Positions 55,375 through 64,000 of a stretch of DNA of 64,000 nt are shown in pieces. The translations under genes and the position numbers were made by a program. Origin of the DNA: an uncultured Photobacterium sp. (GTDB lineage Bacteria > Pseudomonadota > Gammaproteobacteria > Enterobacterales > Vibrionaceae); the NCBI GenBank assembly GCA_947039525.1, contig CAMQZF010000001.1, positions 185 through 64,184 of the forward strand, in the 5' to 3' direction. A model generated the notes under the pieces. The model did not search any database and had not been told where the DNA came from. It saw only the letters and a list, made by a program, of their open reading frames with translations. Numbering within the stretch: the stretch's first letter is position 1; the number at the start of each line of letters is the position of its first letter.

Positions 55375-55836
55375 TTAAATTAAGATGTTCATAACAAACA
55401 TGGCTGCAAATGCGTTCAGTACCGACAATGCAATCATAACGGGTAAGTAACGGCCTTCTGTGCCGATTGGACCCATAATACGCCCCATGTATTGCACCTG
55501 TGAGCCCATTAAGTAAATGGCGGGAGCCAATACGGCGATGTGACCACCTGTAAGGATGCCCTGATCAAACAGAGTGATGACCACACCAACGCCACCACCC
55601 ATCGACATCCACGCGCCGATAAGTACAGCTGCCGCTTCACCAGGCAGACCAAAGATGGCCATGATAGGTGAAAACAGATTACCCATGGCTTCTAACGCGC
55701 CAGTGATTTGTAACGCCTTGATGATAACGAAGGCCATTAATACGTTTGGTACGGTTGAGGTTGTGGCAATAACCCAGCCTTTCTTTGCGCCTTCTACGAA
55801 GATGTCGGTCACCATTGGTTTTTTAGCTACTGTCAT
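55375..55836 (-). CDS. YjiG family membrane protein
   Basis: TDIFVEGAKKG, PNVLMAF, FGLPGEA, GSQVQY. Confidence 0.85.
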   Translation of the reverse strand: MTVAKKPMVTDIFVEGAKKGWVIATTSTVPNVLMAFVIIKALQITGALEAMGNLFSPIMAIFGLPGEAAAVLIGAWMSMGGGVGVVITLFDQGILTGGHIAVLAPAIYLMGSQVQYMGRIMGPIGTEGRYLPVMIALSVLNAFAAMFVMNILI

Positions 55837-56567
55837 TATGCGGTTTCCTTATTCAATGCAGACGTTGAAGGGGTTTTATCGGCTTTGCCTTCGGTTATAT
55901 TGAGGTATAAACGGAATAGATTTGCACCTACAAATTTGAATATGAACATCACAGCAACCGCTAAACCTATTGATGCACCAACAGCCGGTGTGCCATCTAA
56001 ATTTGTTAAGGTAAAGAGCACGGCGCCCGATGAGAAGAAGTTCACAATGGCCGCACCTGCAGAAAATTGGAACATAGTAAAAACGTCGCTTTCTCGTTTA
56101 GTAAGCTTACCTTCGTCTTTTAATTGACGAGTCATCGCAGCACCGGCATCGGCACTTTGTAAAGAAGCGATCAAAGCCAAGCCTGTGTTGCCTGGAATGC
56201 CCATTAATGGACGCAGAAGAGGAGTTAATAACTTACGAGCCGCATCTAATGCACCGTAATGTTCTAATACGTTGATAACACCCAATGCAAACATCACTGT
56301 TGGAATTAGGGTTAAGGCAAAGATAAAGCCATCACGGGCACCACTGCCACCTTGACCGCGTAATGAAGTTGATGCCGTTTGAATCGCTTCGCCACTGCCA
56401 TCAACAGTGTGCACTAGGTTACCGAAAGAGCCATTCAGTGTGGTGAAATCAAATACGCCATACCATTCGTTGGATTGCATTAGTCCAGAAAAAAATACCA
56501 CAGCGAATGCCAAAGCGAGATAACTACCAATCGTGACTTTACGATCCTTTTCCATTGGATTTTTCAT
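55836..56567 (-). CDS. YjiH family (nucleoside recognition/Gate domain) membrane protein
   Basis: DFTTLNGSFG, GARDGF, PLLRPLMGIPG; TAATG coupling to yjiG-like gene. Confidence 0.85.
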   Translation of the reverse strand: MKNPMEKDRKVTIGSYLALAFAVVFFSGLMQSNEWYGVFDFTTLNGSFGNLVHTVDGSGEAIQTASTSLRGQGGSGARDGFIFALTLIPTVMFALGVINVLEHYGALDAARKLLTPLLRPLMGIPGNTGLALIASLQSADAGAAMTRQLKDEGKLTKRESDVFTMFQFSAGAAIVNFFSSGAVLFTLTNLDGTPAVGASIGLAVAVMFIFKFVGANLFRLYLNITEGKADKTPSTSALNKETA

Positions 56568-56684
56568 AGACAGTGTCCTTGTATTGACTATCACGACTCA
56601 CGATCAAAATGATGGTTTTAAAAAGGAGCAAATAGTGAGTATGAAGAAATGGGCTTAGTGAATTAATCGCATGTATTCCATACG

Positions 56685-56710
56685 ATTAAATTGATCTAGA
56701 TCAATTTAAT
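56685..56710. promoter_or_regulatory. FNR box inside a perfect 26-bp palindrome
   Basis: ATTAAATTGATCT|AGATCAATTTAAT; core TTGAT-CTAG-ATCAA at 56691-56704. Confidence 0.75.
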
Positions 56711-56749
56711 TATGTAATGAGATGAAATGTGAAGGGTATATGTTAAAAA

Positions 56750-56765
56750 TGTGATTTTTATCATA
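56750..56765. promoter_or_regulatory. CRP-like site
   Basis: TGTGA-TTTTTA-TCATA, 60 bp from the FNR box. Confidence 0.45.
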
Positions 56766-56895
56766 ATTAAGTCGACGAAATTTGTATAAGTGTCTGTTAC
56801 AGGTTGAAACACTTTGTTTTTATTCAGTTTTATTTTTAGTGAAATTAATAATTAAAGATAATATGAAGATTGAAATCTGTATTTAAAGAATAAAA

Positions 56896-56918
56896 AAAGA
56901 GCACCTAAGGTGCTCTTT
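56896..56918 (-). terminator. intrinsic terminator after NhaC-family gene
   Basis: AAAGAGCACC-TAA-GGTGCTCTTT with U-tract on minus strand. Confidence 0.85.
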
Positions 56919-56939
56919 AAATGAGTGAATCATTTTCAC

Positions 56940-58385
56940 TTAAACTAACTGTTTTATTACTTCTTGAGCTTCTCTTTCATCTTCATCTAAAATGGATTGA
57001 TCGCAAGGTGGACAAGGGTCAACGAACCAACCCATAAAAGAGCAAATAATAGTAACGATGATACAGATGAAACTGAGCCACATAAAAGGAACATAAGACA
57101 GAGTCGCAACGCCTAAAATACTGGCCATATAAATCCCGTTATCGCTCCATGGCACCATACCTGCTGTTAAGGTGCCACCAAACTCGGCATTACGAGATAA
57201 ATTTCGGCGTTTAAAGCCAATTCTATCGTAATTTTTCGCACAAATTTTTGGCGTCAGAATTAATGAAACGTACATGGCGGATCCAAAAACGTTGCCTAAA
57301 AATGCGGTCGCTATGGTTGATACGGCTAAACTGCCTGCAGATTTGACGTGCTTTTCAAATAAGTTTGCAATGGTTTCAAGTACGCCAACTTTATCAAGTA
57401 AGCCACCAAAACCTAAACCAAAGATGATGACGGCAACGGATCCCAGCATGGAAGACATGCCGCCTCGATTAAGAATTGAGTCAATAAATGTAACACCAGA
57501 GTGAATAGAGAAGGGAGCCCAAGCGGTATCTATTGCTTTGATCGGATCCATGCCTTGAACCATCACTGCCCATACAACGCCCAATAAAGCGCCGAATGAG
57601 ATGACGGGAAATGACGGCATTTTTAAAGCAAGTAAGCCTAAAACAATAATGACAGGCACAAAAGAAAATGGGGTTATAACAAACTGTTTATCCATTGCGG
57701 TAATCACTGAGCTGACTTGGCTCATGTCCACACTACCGGCATAGTGAAAGCCGACGAGAGTAAACATTACTGCTGCGATGGCGTAACTGATTAATGAAAT
57801 AGGCATCATGCCTTTGATGTGATCAATAATTTCTACGTTTGACATGGATGAAGCTAAAATAACGGAGTCGGATAATGGTGACATTTTATCACCAAAGTAA
57901 CAGCCAGAAAGTACAGCACCGGCGGTAATTTCAGAAGGAATACCGAGTCCTTGACCTATGCCCATCATTGCAATACCTGCGGTACCCGCCGCACCCCAAG
58001 ACGTACCTGTTGCTAATGCGGTTACCGAACAAATTAACATGGTCGCTAATAAGAAAATAGACGGATGAATTGCTTTTAGACCGTAATAGATAATAGTTGG
58101 AACAATACCACCGGCTATCCAAGTTCCAACTAATGCACCCACTGACAGTAAAATAAGCACTGCACCTAGGCCATTACTGATGCCTTTAGTTGCCGCTTTT
58201 TCTAACGATTTGTAATCGTGACCCAACTTGATTCCGAGCGTTATGACAATGAACCAACCAATGTACAAAGCCAATTGGATTGGAAGATTGAGTTCAGAGG
58301 TAAAAGAGAAAGCTAAGGCTAAGAAGAGTCCAAGAGCAAGCATTACTTGCCAAATGGAAGGCAGCTTTATGGTCCGTTGATCCAT
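56940..58385 (-). CDS. NhaC family Na+/H+ antiporter or amino acid transporter
   Basis: GTSWG, GCYFGDKMSPLSD, RGGMSSM, LSR..E.GGT...VPW. Confidence 0.88.
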   Translation of the reverse strand: MDQRTIKLPSIWQVMLALGLFLALAFSFTSELNLPIQLALYIGWFIVITLGIKLGHDYKSLEKAATKGISNGLGAVLILLSVGALVGTWIAGGIVPTIIYYGLKAIHPSIFLLATMLICSVTALATGTSWGAAGTAGIAMMGIGQGLGIPSEITAGAVLSGCYFGDKMSPLSDSVILASSMSNVEIIDHIKGMMPISLISYAIAAVMFTLVGFHYAGSVDMSQVSSVITAMDKQFVITPFSFVPVIIVLGLLALKMPSFPVISFGALLGVVWAVMVQGMDPIKAIDTAWAPFSIHSGVTFIDSILNRGGMSSMLGSVAVIIFGLGFGGLLDKVGVLETIANLFEKHVKSAGSLAVSTIATAFLGNVFGSAMYVSLILTPKICAKNYDRIGFKRRNLSRNAEFGGTLTAGMVPWSDNGIYMASILGVATLSYVPFMWLSFICIIVTIICSFMGWFVDPCPPCDQSILDEDEREAQEVIKQLV

Positions 58386-58951
58386 GTTTTTTACCTTATT
58401 AATAATTGAGTCACTATGATGTAGAGTCCATAAAAATCATTAAGTTATTTTTATTATGTCAATGGATAATGAATTAAGACTCAATGCTATTGTCTGTGTT
58501 TTTCAGTTGATAACAAAAACACGATCGCCTGTGATACTCACAATGGTCTATTGTGAGTCATGAACATTGATTATTTATAAAATCATAAATGCTTATTTTG
58601 TCTCAAAAAGCGATTTCTTGATAATTAAATGTTCAGTCTTATTAACCTAGTTTTATTTTAATTTCAGTTTATCTAACTGCTTTAAATTATTTTATTCTTA
58701 TAAATGTCTTTATTTAGTCTGTTTATAAGAGAAATGAAGGTTATCAGTTTGTGATGATTTTTTCAAAAACAAACGGCAATATTTTCAGTAAATATTCATC
58801 TTTATTCTCTAGAAGGTGAATGCTATTTATCATTTGGCCTTTTTCTTTGACTATAGATAGCATTATCTTTTGTTTTCTCACTTGCTCTCTTGTTGTTAAT
58901 TCGTTACAAGTAGAGGTTAGTGGTAAATATTATGAACATGGAGTGTTAAAT

Positions 58952-60070
58952 ATGATGAGAGTCGGTTTAGTTGGTTGGCGTGGTATGGTGGGATCAGTCT
59001 TAATGCAACGTATGCAGGAAGAAGGTGATTTTAAATTTATTGAGCCTATTTTTTACTCCACCTCACAAATCGGTATTCCTGCCCCTGACTTTGGTCAAGA
59101 ACCTTCTTTATTACAAGATGCGTTTAATTTAGACAGCTTATCGCAGTTAGATGCGATCATTACTTGTCAAGGCGGTGGCTATACTGAACAAGTTTATGGT
59201 GCTTTGCGTCAACGAGGGTGGAAAGGGTATTGGATTGATGCAGCATCCACGCTACGTTTAAAAGATGATGCAATCATTGCTTTGGATCCGGTCAATTATC
59301 AGCAAATTCAGCAAGGCATTCATTCTGACGTGAAAACTTTCGTGGGTGGGAATTGTACCGTTAGTTTAATGCTGATGGCTGTGGGTGGTTTGTATCAAGC
59401 AGGCTTGGTTGAGTGGATGACCTCACAAACTTATCAAGCGGCATCCGGTGCTGGTGCTCAGAATATGCGTGAATTGATTCGTCAAATGGGTGTAATTCAT
59501 GGCAGCGTAACAACGGAATTAGCGAATCCGTCGACATCCATTTTAGACATTGATCGCAAAGTGGCCAATACCTTGCGATCTGAACAATTTCCAAAAGAGA
59601 ACTTTGGAGCGCCGTTAGCGGGATCGCTCATCCCTTGGATTGATGTGAAGCGTGATAATGGTCAAAGCAAAGAAGAATGGAAAGCATCGGTTGAAACCAA
59701 CAAGATACTTGGTTTGCAAGGTTCACCGATTCCTATTGATGGAACTTGCGTTCGTATTGGTGCGATGCGTTGTCACAGCCAAGCATTAACCATTAAATTG
59801 AAGCAGGGTGTACCTTTGGATGAAATTGAAGGGTTAATCGCGTCTCATAATGATTGGGTGAAAGTGATTCCGAATGAGCGTGATATTACGGTTCAAGAGT
59901 TGAGTCCTGCAAAAGTAACCGGGACTTTATCTGTACCCGTTGGGCGTTTGCGTAAACTGGAAATGGGCGATGAATATCTTAATGCATTTACGGTGGGTGA
60001 TCAATTGTTGTGGGGGGCGGCGGAGCCCTTGCGTCGTACTTTACGCATTCTTTTAGCTGAGAAAGCTTAA
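58952..60070 (+). CDS. asd: aspartate-semialdehyde dehydrogenase
   Basis: [38 protein letters not shown]. Confidence 0.97.
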   Translation: MMRVGLVGWRGMVGSVLMQRMQEEGDFKFIEPIFYSTSQIGIPAPDFGQEPSLLQDAFNLDSLSQLDAIITCQGGGYTEQVYGALRQRGWKGYWIDAASTLRLKDDAIIALDPVNYQQIQQGIHSDVKTFVGGNCTVSLMLMAVGGLYQAGLVEWMTSQTYQAASGAGAQNMRELIRQMGVIHGSVTTELANPSTSILDIDRKVANTLRSEQFPKENFGAPLAGSLIPWIDVKRDNGQSKEEWKASVETNKILGLQGSPIPIDGTCVRIGAMRCHSQALTIKLKQGVPLDEIEGLIASHNDWVKVIPNERDITVQELSPAKVTGTLSVPVGRLRKLEMGDEYLNAFTVGDQLLWGAAEPLRRTLRILLAEKA

Positions 60071-60107
60071 GTTCATTTATTGTTAGAAACATAAAGTATA
60101 ACGATAA

Positions 60108-60135
60108 AAAAAGCCTGCTGAAAAGCAGGCTTTTT
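60108..60135. terminator. bidirectional intrinsic terminator (asd / sodB)
   Basis: AAAAAGCCTGCT-GAAA-AGCAGGCTTTTT. Confidence 0.88.
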
Positions 60136-60151
60136 CATGTTATCTATGGAA

Positions 60152-60736
60152 TTAAGCAGCAAAGTTTTTTGCAGCAAATTCCCAATTAACCAAAGCCCAA
60201 AAACCATTCATGTAGTCAGGACGTAGGTTACGGTAATCGATATAGTAAGCATGTTCCCAAAGGTCAACAGTCAATACTGGTGTTAAGCCACTTTCTGTTA
60301 GTGGGTTGCCAGCGTTAGAGGTGTTTACAATCTCCAATTCGCCTTCTACGTTTTTCACTAACCAAGTCCAGCTAGAACCAAAGTTGTTGATTGCTGAGTT
60401 GGTGAACTCAGTTTTGAATTCTTCAAATGAACCGTAAGCTTTAACAATCGCGTCTGCTAGTGCGCCTGTTGGCTCACCGCCACCGTTTGGTGATAGGCAG
60501 TTCCAGTAGAATGTGTGGTTCCATACCTGTGCAGCGTTGTTGAATACACCACCAGTAGAAGTTTTAATGATTTCTTCTAATGATTTGTCCGCAAACTCAG
60601 TGCCTTCAATTAAGCCATTTAGCTTTACAACGTATGTGTTGTGGTGCTTACCGTAATGGTACTCAAGTGTTTCTTGAGAAATGTGTGGTTCTAGAGCATT
60701 TTTTGCGAACGGTAGTGCTGGTAATTCAATAGCCAT
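60152..60736 (-). CDS. sodB: Fe superoxide dismutase
   Basis: HYGKHH, FNNAAQVWNHTFYW, DLWEHAYY. Confidence 0.97.
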   Translation of the reverse strand: MAIELPALPFAKNALEPHISQETLEYHYGKHHNTYVVKLNGLIEGTEFADKSLEEIIKTSTGGVFNNAAQVWNHTFYWNCLSPNGGGEPTGALADAIVKAYGSFEEFKTEFTNSAINNFGSSWTWLVKNVEGELEIVNTSNAGNPLTESGLTPVLTVDLWEHAYYIDYRNLRPDYMNGFWALVNWEFAAKNFAA

Positions 60737-60962
60737 GTTTCATTCTCCTGTGAGGCTATGCCTCTTTTGACATTGCTTTTAATGAGTTAGGACTCATTTA
60801 TTCTTTTGAATGCGACCGGAACAGTTTATCAAGTTTTTACTTTATTAATAGCCCTAAATGAAAAAATAAACCCACAAAAATATTAAGCGTTTTTTTCCCC
60901 GTCGTTCGCAAGTAGAATGTAGCGGTAAGTTAATTATTATGAGCCATTTCTTAGGGGGCACA

Positions 60963-61298
60963 ATGGAAACTATTGATAAGATTAAGCAACAATTGAGCGA
61001 GAACCCAATTTTGTTGTACATGAAAGGCTCACCTAAGCTACCAAGCTGTGGTTTTTCTTCACAAGCGTCGCAAGCATTAATGAACTGCGGTGAAAAGTTT
61101 GCATTTGTTGATATTCTACAAAACCCAGACATTCGTGCTGAATTGCCAATTTATGCTCAGTGGCCAACATTCCCACAATTGTGGATTGAAGGTGAGTTGA
61201 TCGGTGGTTGTGACATTATTTTGGAAATGTTCCAAAAAGGTGAGTTACAGCCTTTGATCAAAGAAGCTGCAGAACGTCGTGACGCAAAAGCAGAATAA
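60963..61298 (+). CDS. grxD: monothiol glutaredoxin Grx4
   Basis: CGFS, WPTFPQL, GGCD. Confidence 0.97.
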   Translation: METIDKIKQQLSENPILLYMKGSPKLPSCGFSSQASQALMNCGEKFAFVDILQNPDIRAELPIYAQWPTFPQLWIEGELIGGCDIILEMFQKGELQPLIKEAAERRDAKAE

Positions 61299-61319
61299 AT
61301 TGTTTTAAATAAAGACAAT

Positions 61320-61348
61320 AAAAAGCCCTCATCTTTGAGGGCTTTTTT
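61320..61348. terminator. bidirectional intrinsic terminator
   Basis: AAAAAGCCCTCA...TGAGGGCTTTTT. Confidence 0.85.
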
Positions 61349-61375
61349 ATGACTGCCTATTTGTTATTCTGACAA

Positions 61376-62698
61376 TTATAGAATCATTGCTGCTAACCAA
61401 CCTGCTGCTATTAAAGGTAAGTTGTAGTGTAAGAAGGTTGGTACAACACTGTCCCAAATGTGGTCATGTTGACCATCGGCATTGAGCCCTGATGTTGGGC
61501 CTAATGTTGAATCGGATGCGGGTGATCCAGCATCGCCCAATGCGGCAGCGGTACCAACAATCGCGACGGTTGCCATCGCTGAGAATCCAAATGAAAGACA
61601 CAAAGGCACATAAATGGTGGCTAGAATCGGGATGGTTGAGAAAGAGGAACCAATGCCCATTGTCACTAATAAACCCACCACTAACATTAAAAAGGCAGCT
61701 AAAGGCTTATTGTTGCCAATAATGTCGGTTAATGAATGTACGAGTGTTTCCACACTGCCAGTGGCTTTCATTACTGCAGCAAAACCAGCTGCTGCGATCA
61801 TAATAAAACCAATCATCGCCATCATATGAACACCTTTGGTGAACACATCGTGAGTTTCTTTCCACTTAATCACACCAGTAAAGGTGAACACCATGAATCC
61901 GACTAACGCGCCAACAATCATAGAACCACTGTACAGTTGGCTGCCTAAGACGGCAAAAATAGCAATAACTGCAATATAAACGTGGCGCATATTAATGACT
62001 TTATGTTCAGGCTCTGCAGCTAAGATTTTTTCATCACAGTAGACTCTTGGTTTTCGGTAGCTGATGAATACTGCTACAAGAAGACCAAAGACCATGCCTA
62101 ACGCTGGAAGAATCATTGCTTCAGGAACTTGGCTCGCTGTGATATTGAGACCGTTCTCATGCAGATTTTTTAATAAAATATTATTGAGAAAAATACCGCC
62201 AAAACCGATCGGTAGGATCATGTAAGGGGTGACTAACCCAAAGGTCAGAACACAGGCAATTAAGCGACGATCTAATTTCAGTTTTGCGAACACATGCAAA
62301 AGAGGTGGAATGATAATAGGGATAAAAGCAATGTGTACCGGGATTAGGTTTTGTGACGAAATTGCCAATAAGCCTAATATGGTGATGACTGTGTATTTTA
62401 CACTGGTAATGGCACGACTGTTTTGTGAGCCAGTTAAGCGTTGAATGATTTTTTGTGCGAGTACATCAGTAATGCCTGATTTAGATATGGCGACAGCAAA
62501 AGCGCCAAGCATGGCATAACTGAGTGCCGTGGTTGCACCGCCTCCAAGCCCCCCTTCAAACGCTTGTATGGTATCGGTTAAAGATAAACCGCCCATAAGC
62601 CCACCGAGTAATGCACTGAATGTCAGCGCAACAACGACATTGACGCGTAATAGGGCGAGGATCAGCATCACACTGACGGATAATAAAACTGGATTCAT
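61376..62698 (-). CDS. YuiF-like Na+/H+ antiporter family / amino acid transporter
   Basis: [44 protein letters not shown]. Confidence 0.85.
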   Translation of the reverse strand: MNPVLLSVSVMLILALLRVNVVVALTFSALLGGLMGGLSLTDTIQAFEGGLGGGATTALSYAMLGAFAVAISKSGITDVLAQKIIQRLTGSQNSRAITSVKYTVITILGLLAISSQNLIPVHIAFIPIIIPPLLHVFAKLKLDRRLIACVLTFGLVTPYMILPIGFGGIFLNNILLKNLHENGLNITASQVPEAMILPALGMVFGLLVAVFISYRKPRVYCDEKILAAEPEHKVINMRHVYIAVIAIFAVLGSQLYSGSMIVGALVGFMVFTFTGVIKWKETHDVFTKGVHMMAMIGFIMIAAAGFAAVMKATGSVETLVHSLTDIIGNNKPLAAFLMLVVGLLVTMGIGSSFSTIPILATIYVPLCLSFGFSAMATVAIVGTAAALGDAGSPASDSTLGPTSGLNADGQHDHIWDSVVPTFLHYNLPLIAAGWLAAMIL

Positions 62699-62844
62699 AG
62701 CACTCCATTGTCTTTCTTGATGCTGTATTTCACACCCAGCGATCGTTTTTATTTCATCCAGTTTGCTTAAATTTTTGATTATGTCGAGTGAAATCAACAG
62801 AAAACCGTGATTTTTCTTTTCTTATTGCATGGTTATGCTTAATT

Positions 62845-62880
62845 AGTTTGATCGTCCTCTTATTTAAAGACGATCAAACT
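62845..62880 (-). terminator. hairpin downstream of rnt
   Basis: AGTTTGATCGTC / GACGATCAAACT 12-bp IR. Confidence 0.55.
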
Positions 62881-62910
62881 GTTTATCTTTTATTACGATA
62901 GGTTGTGGTT

Positions 62911-63594
62911 TTAAGCTGATTGAGATTCAACATCATCATGATTAGTTTCTGCTTCAATGAGCGGCCAGCCACCTAAAGCTTTCCATTTGTTGACGATGGT
63001 ACAGAAGAGCTCTGCTGTTTTTTCCGTATCATAAAGTGCGGAATGTGCTTCTTTATTGTCAAAATCCATCCCGGCTGTACGGCATGCTTTAGCCAGTACG
63101 GTTTGTCCAAATGCTAATCCACTGAGTGCGGCAGTATCAAAAGTCGCAAATGGATGGAATGGTGAGCGTTTTAGTTTTGCACGTTCACTGGCTGCATTTA
63201 CAAAGTTCAGATCAAAGGTTGCGTTATGGGCGACCATGATAGCGCGACTACAACCTTGAGCTTTTAGTTCATCACTAATTTGACGGTAAATTTGTCGTAA
63301 TGCATCGCCTTCATCGATAGCACCTCTTAATGCGCTAAAGGGTTCTAAAATCCCATTAAAAGCCAACGCTTCAGGGTTTAGATTCGCGCCCTCAAAGGGT
63401 GTGATATGAAAGTGCATTGTCGTCGCAGGTTTAATCCACCCCTCATCATCCATCGTTAAAGTGATCGCACATACTTCAAGTAATGCATCGGTTTTTGCAT
63501 CAAATCCTGCAGTTTCAACATCGACAACGACGGGTAAGTAACCGCGAAATCGGCTTTTAATGGTATTGTTTTCTGGTGCTGTAGTATCTGTCAT
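62911..63594 (-). CDS. rnt: ribonuclease T
   Basis: [35 protein letters not shown]. Confidence 0.97.
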   Translation of the reverse strand: MTDTTAPENNTIKSRFRGYLPVVVDVETAGFDAKTDALLEVCAITLTMDDEGWIKPATTMHFHITPFEGANLNPEALAFNGILEPFSALRGAIDEGDALRQIYRQISDELKAQGCSRAIMVAHNATFDLNFVNAASERAKLKRSPFHPFATFDTAALSGLAFGQTVLAKACRTAGMDFDNKEAHSALYDTEKTAELFCTIVNKWKALGGWPLIEAETNHDDVESQSA

Positions 63595-63656
63595 GGTCAC
63601 GGTGGGCTCGAAAAATAATGGCTTATTATGTCAGATCTTCGGATACGGTGAAATGT

Positions 63657-63683
63657 TAAAGCTTTATTGAATGGCTCCGATAA
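63657..63683 (+). promoter_or_regulatory. sigma28 (FliA) promoter for motY
   Basis: TAAA-N15-TCCGATAA vs consensus TAAA-N15-GCCGATAA, 30 bp before ATG. Confidence 0.7.
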
Positions 63684-63713
63684 TTTAGGTATTAAAGTTA
63701 TTACGGTAATGTC

Positions 63714-64000
63714 ATGCGTGTATTTTTGTTTTGTTTTGTCACGGTTTTATCCTTTATGCCTGAGCGAGTTTTGGGGAGTGCTTATGTTGCAAAACCTCAG
63801 GAATCATTTTGGTTAATGAGTACGAATACGCCTTTGCAATGCCAACTGAGACATGAAATTCCTCGTTATGGTGAGGGCGTTTTTACTGTAAATGCGAGTA
63901 AATATCTTAATTTAGATTTTGAATTGGTCATGCAAAGACCAATGCGTGAAACGCAGAAGGTGAATTTAATGTCACAGCCACCCAACTGGCAACTAGGGAC
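63714..64000 (+). CDS. motY: sodium-type flagellar motor protein MotY, N-terminal part (runs off window; not in ORF track)
   Basis: YVAKPQESFW...TPLQCQLRHEIP.YG...NLDFEL.MQRPM.ET..V.L.S.PP.W; divergent from rnt. Confidence 0.88.
   Translation, partial: MRVFLFCFVTVLSFMPERVLGSAYVAKPQESFWLMSTNTPLQCQLRHEIPRYGEGVFTVNASKYLNLDFELVMQRPMRETQKVNLMSQPPNWQLG

Noticed and set aside
58386-58951. Lysine riboswitch expected near asd or NhaC-type genes
   Set aside because: Conserved AGAGG(U)GC and GCCGAA-type elements are not seen on either strand.
60781-60798. Fur box upstream of sodB
   Set aside because: The palindrome is 18 bp, one short of the 9-1-9 Fur geometry; left unassigned.

Overview
This window looks like chromosomal DNA from a Vibrionaceae-like gammaproteobacterium; the long FadR, motY and the gene order point that way. 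Most of it is core housekeeping: menD(partial)HBCE, dusC, dsbB-nhaB/fadR, yeaG-yeaH-ycgB, gapA-yeaD/msrB-yeaC, sppA-ansA, fadH-ydjA-selD-selU-topB, yejK/yejLM, asd, sodB, grxD, rnt and motY (partial). An accessory-looking stretch at about 10.5-23.1 kb carries a thiamine-dependent keto-acid decarboxylase with a LysR regulator, an atypical MtgA, fetAB-like ABC genes, a RecX-like gene with no recA, an APC permease, a Tat-signal sulfatase and several tiny ORFs. I found no rRNA, tRNA, CRISPR array, integrase or transposase. The signals most worth following are four. (1) An 'intergenic' 0.8 kb region (18.4-19.2 kb) hides two divergent small ORFs (58 aa acidic; 31 aa single-TM) with a CRP-like site and strong hairpins, resembling a riboregulated small-protein or type I toxin locus. 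(2) The sulfatase is interrupted by one in-frame UGA. (3) nhaB is split by a +1 shift at CUU-AGA. (4) There is a 29-aa strongly cationic peptide ORF. All calls come from motif recognition by eye; no database searches were run.
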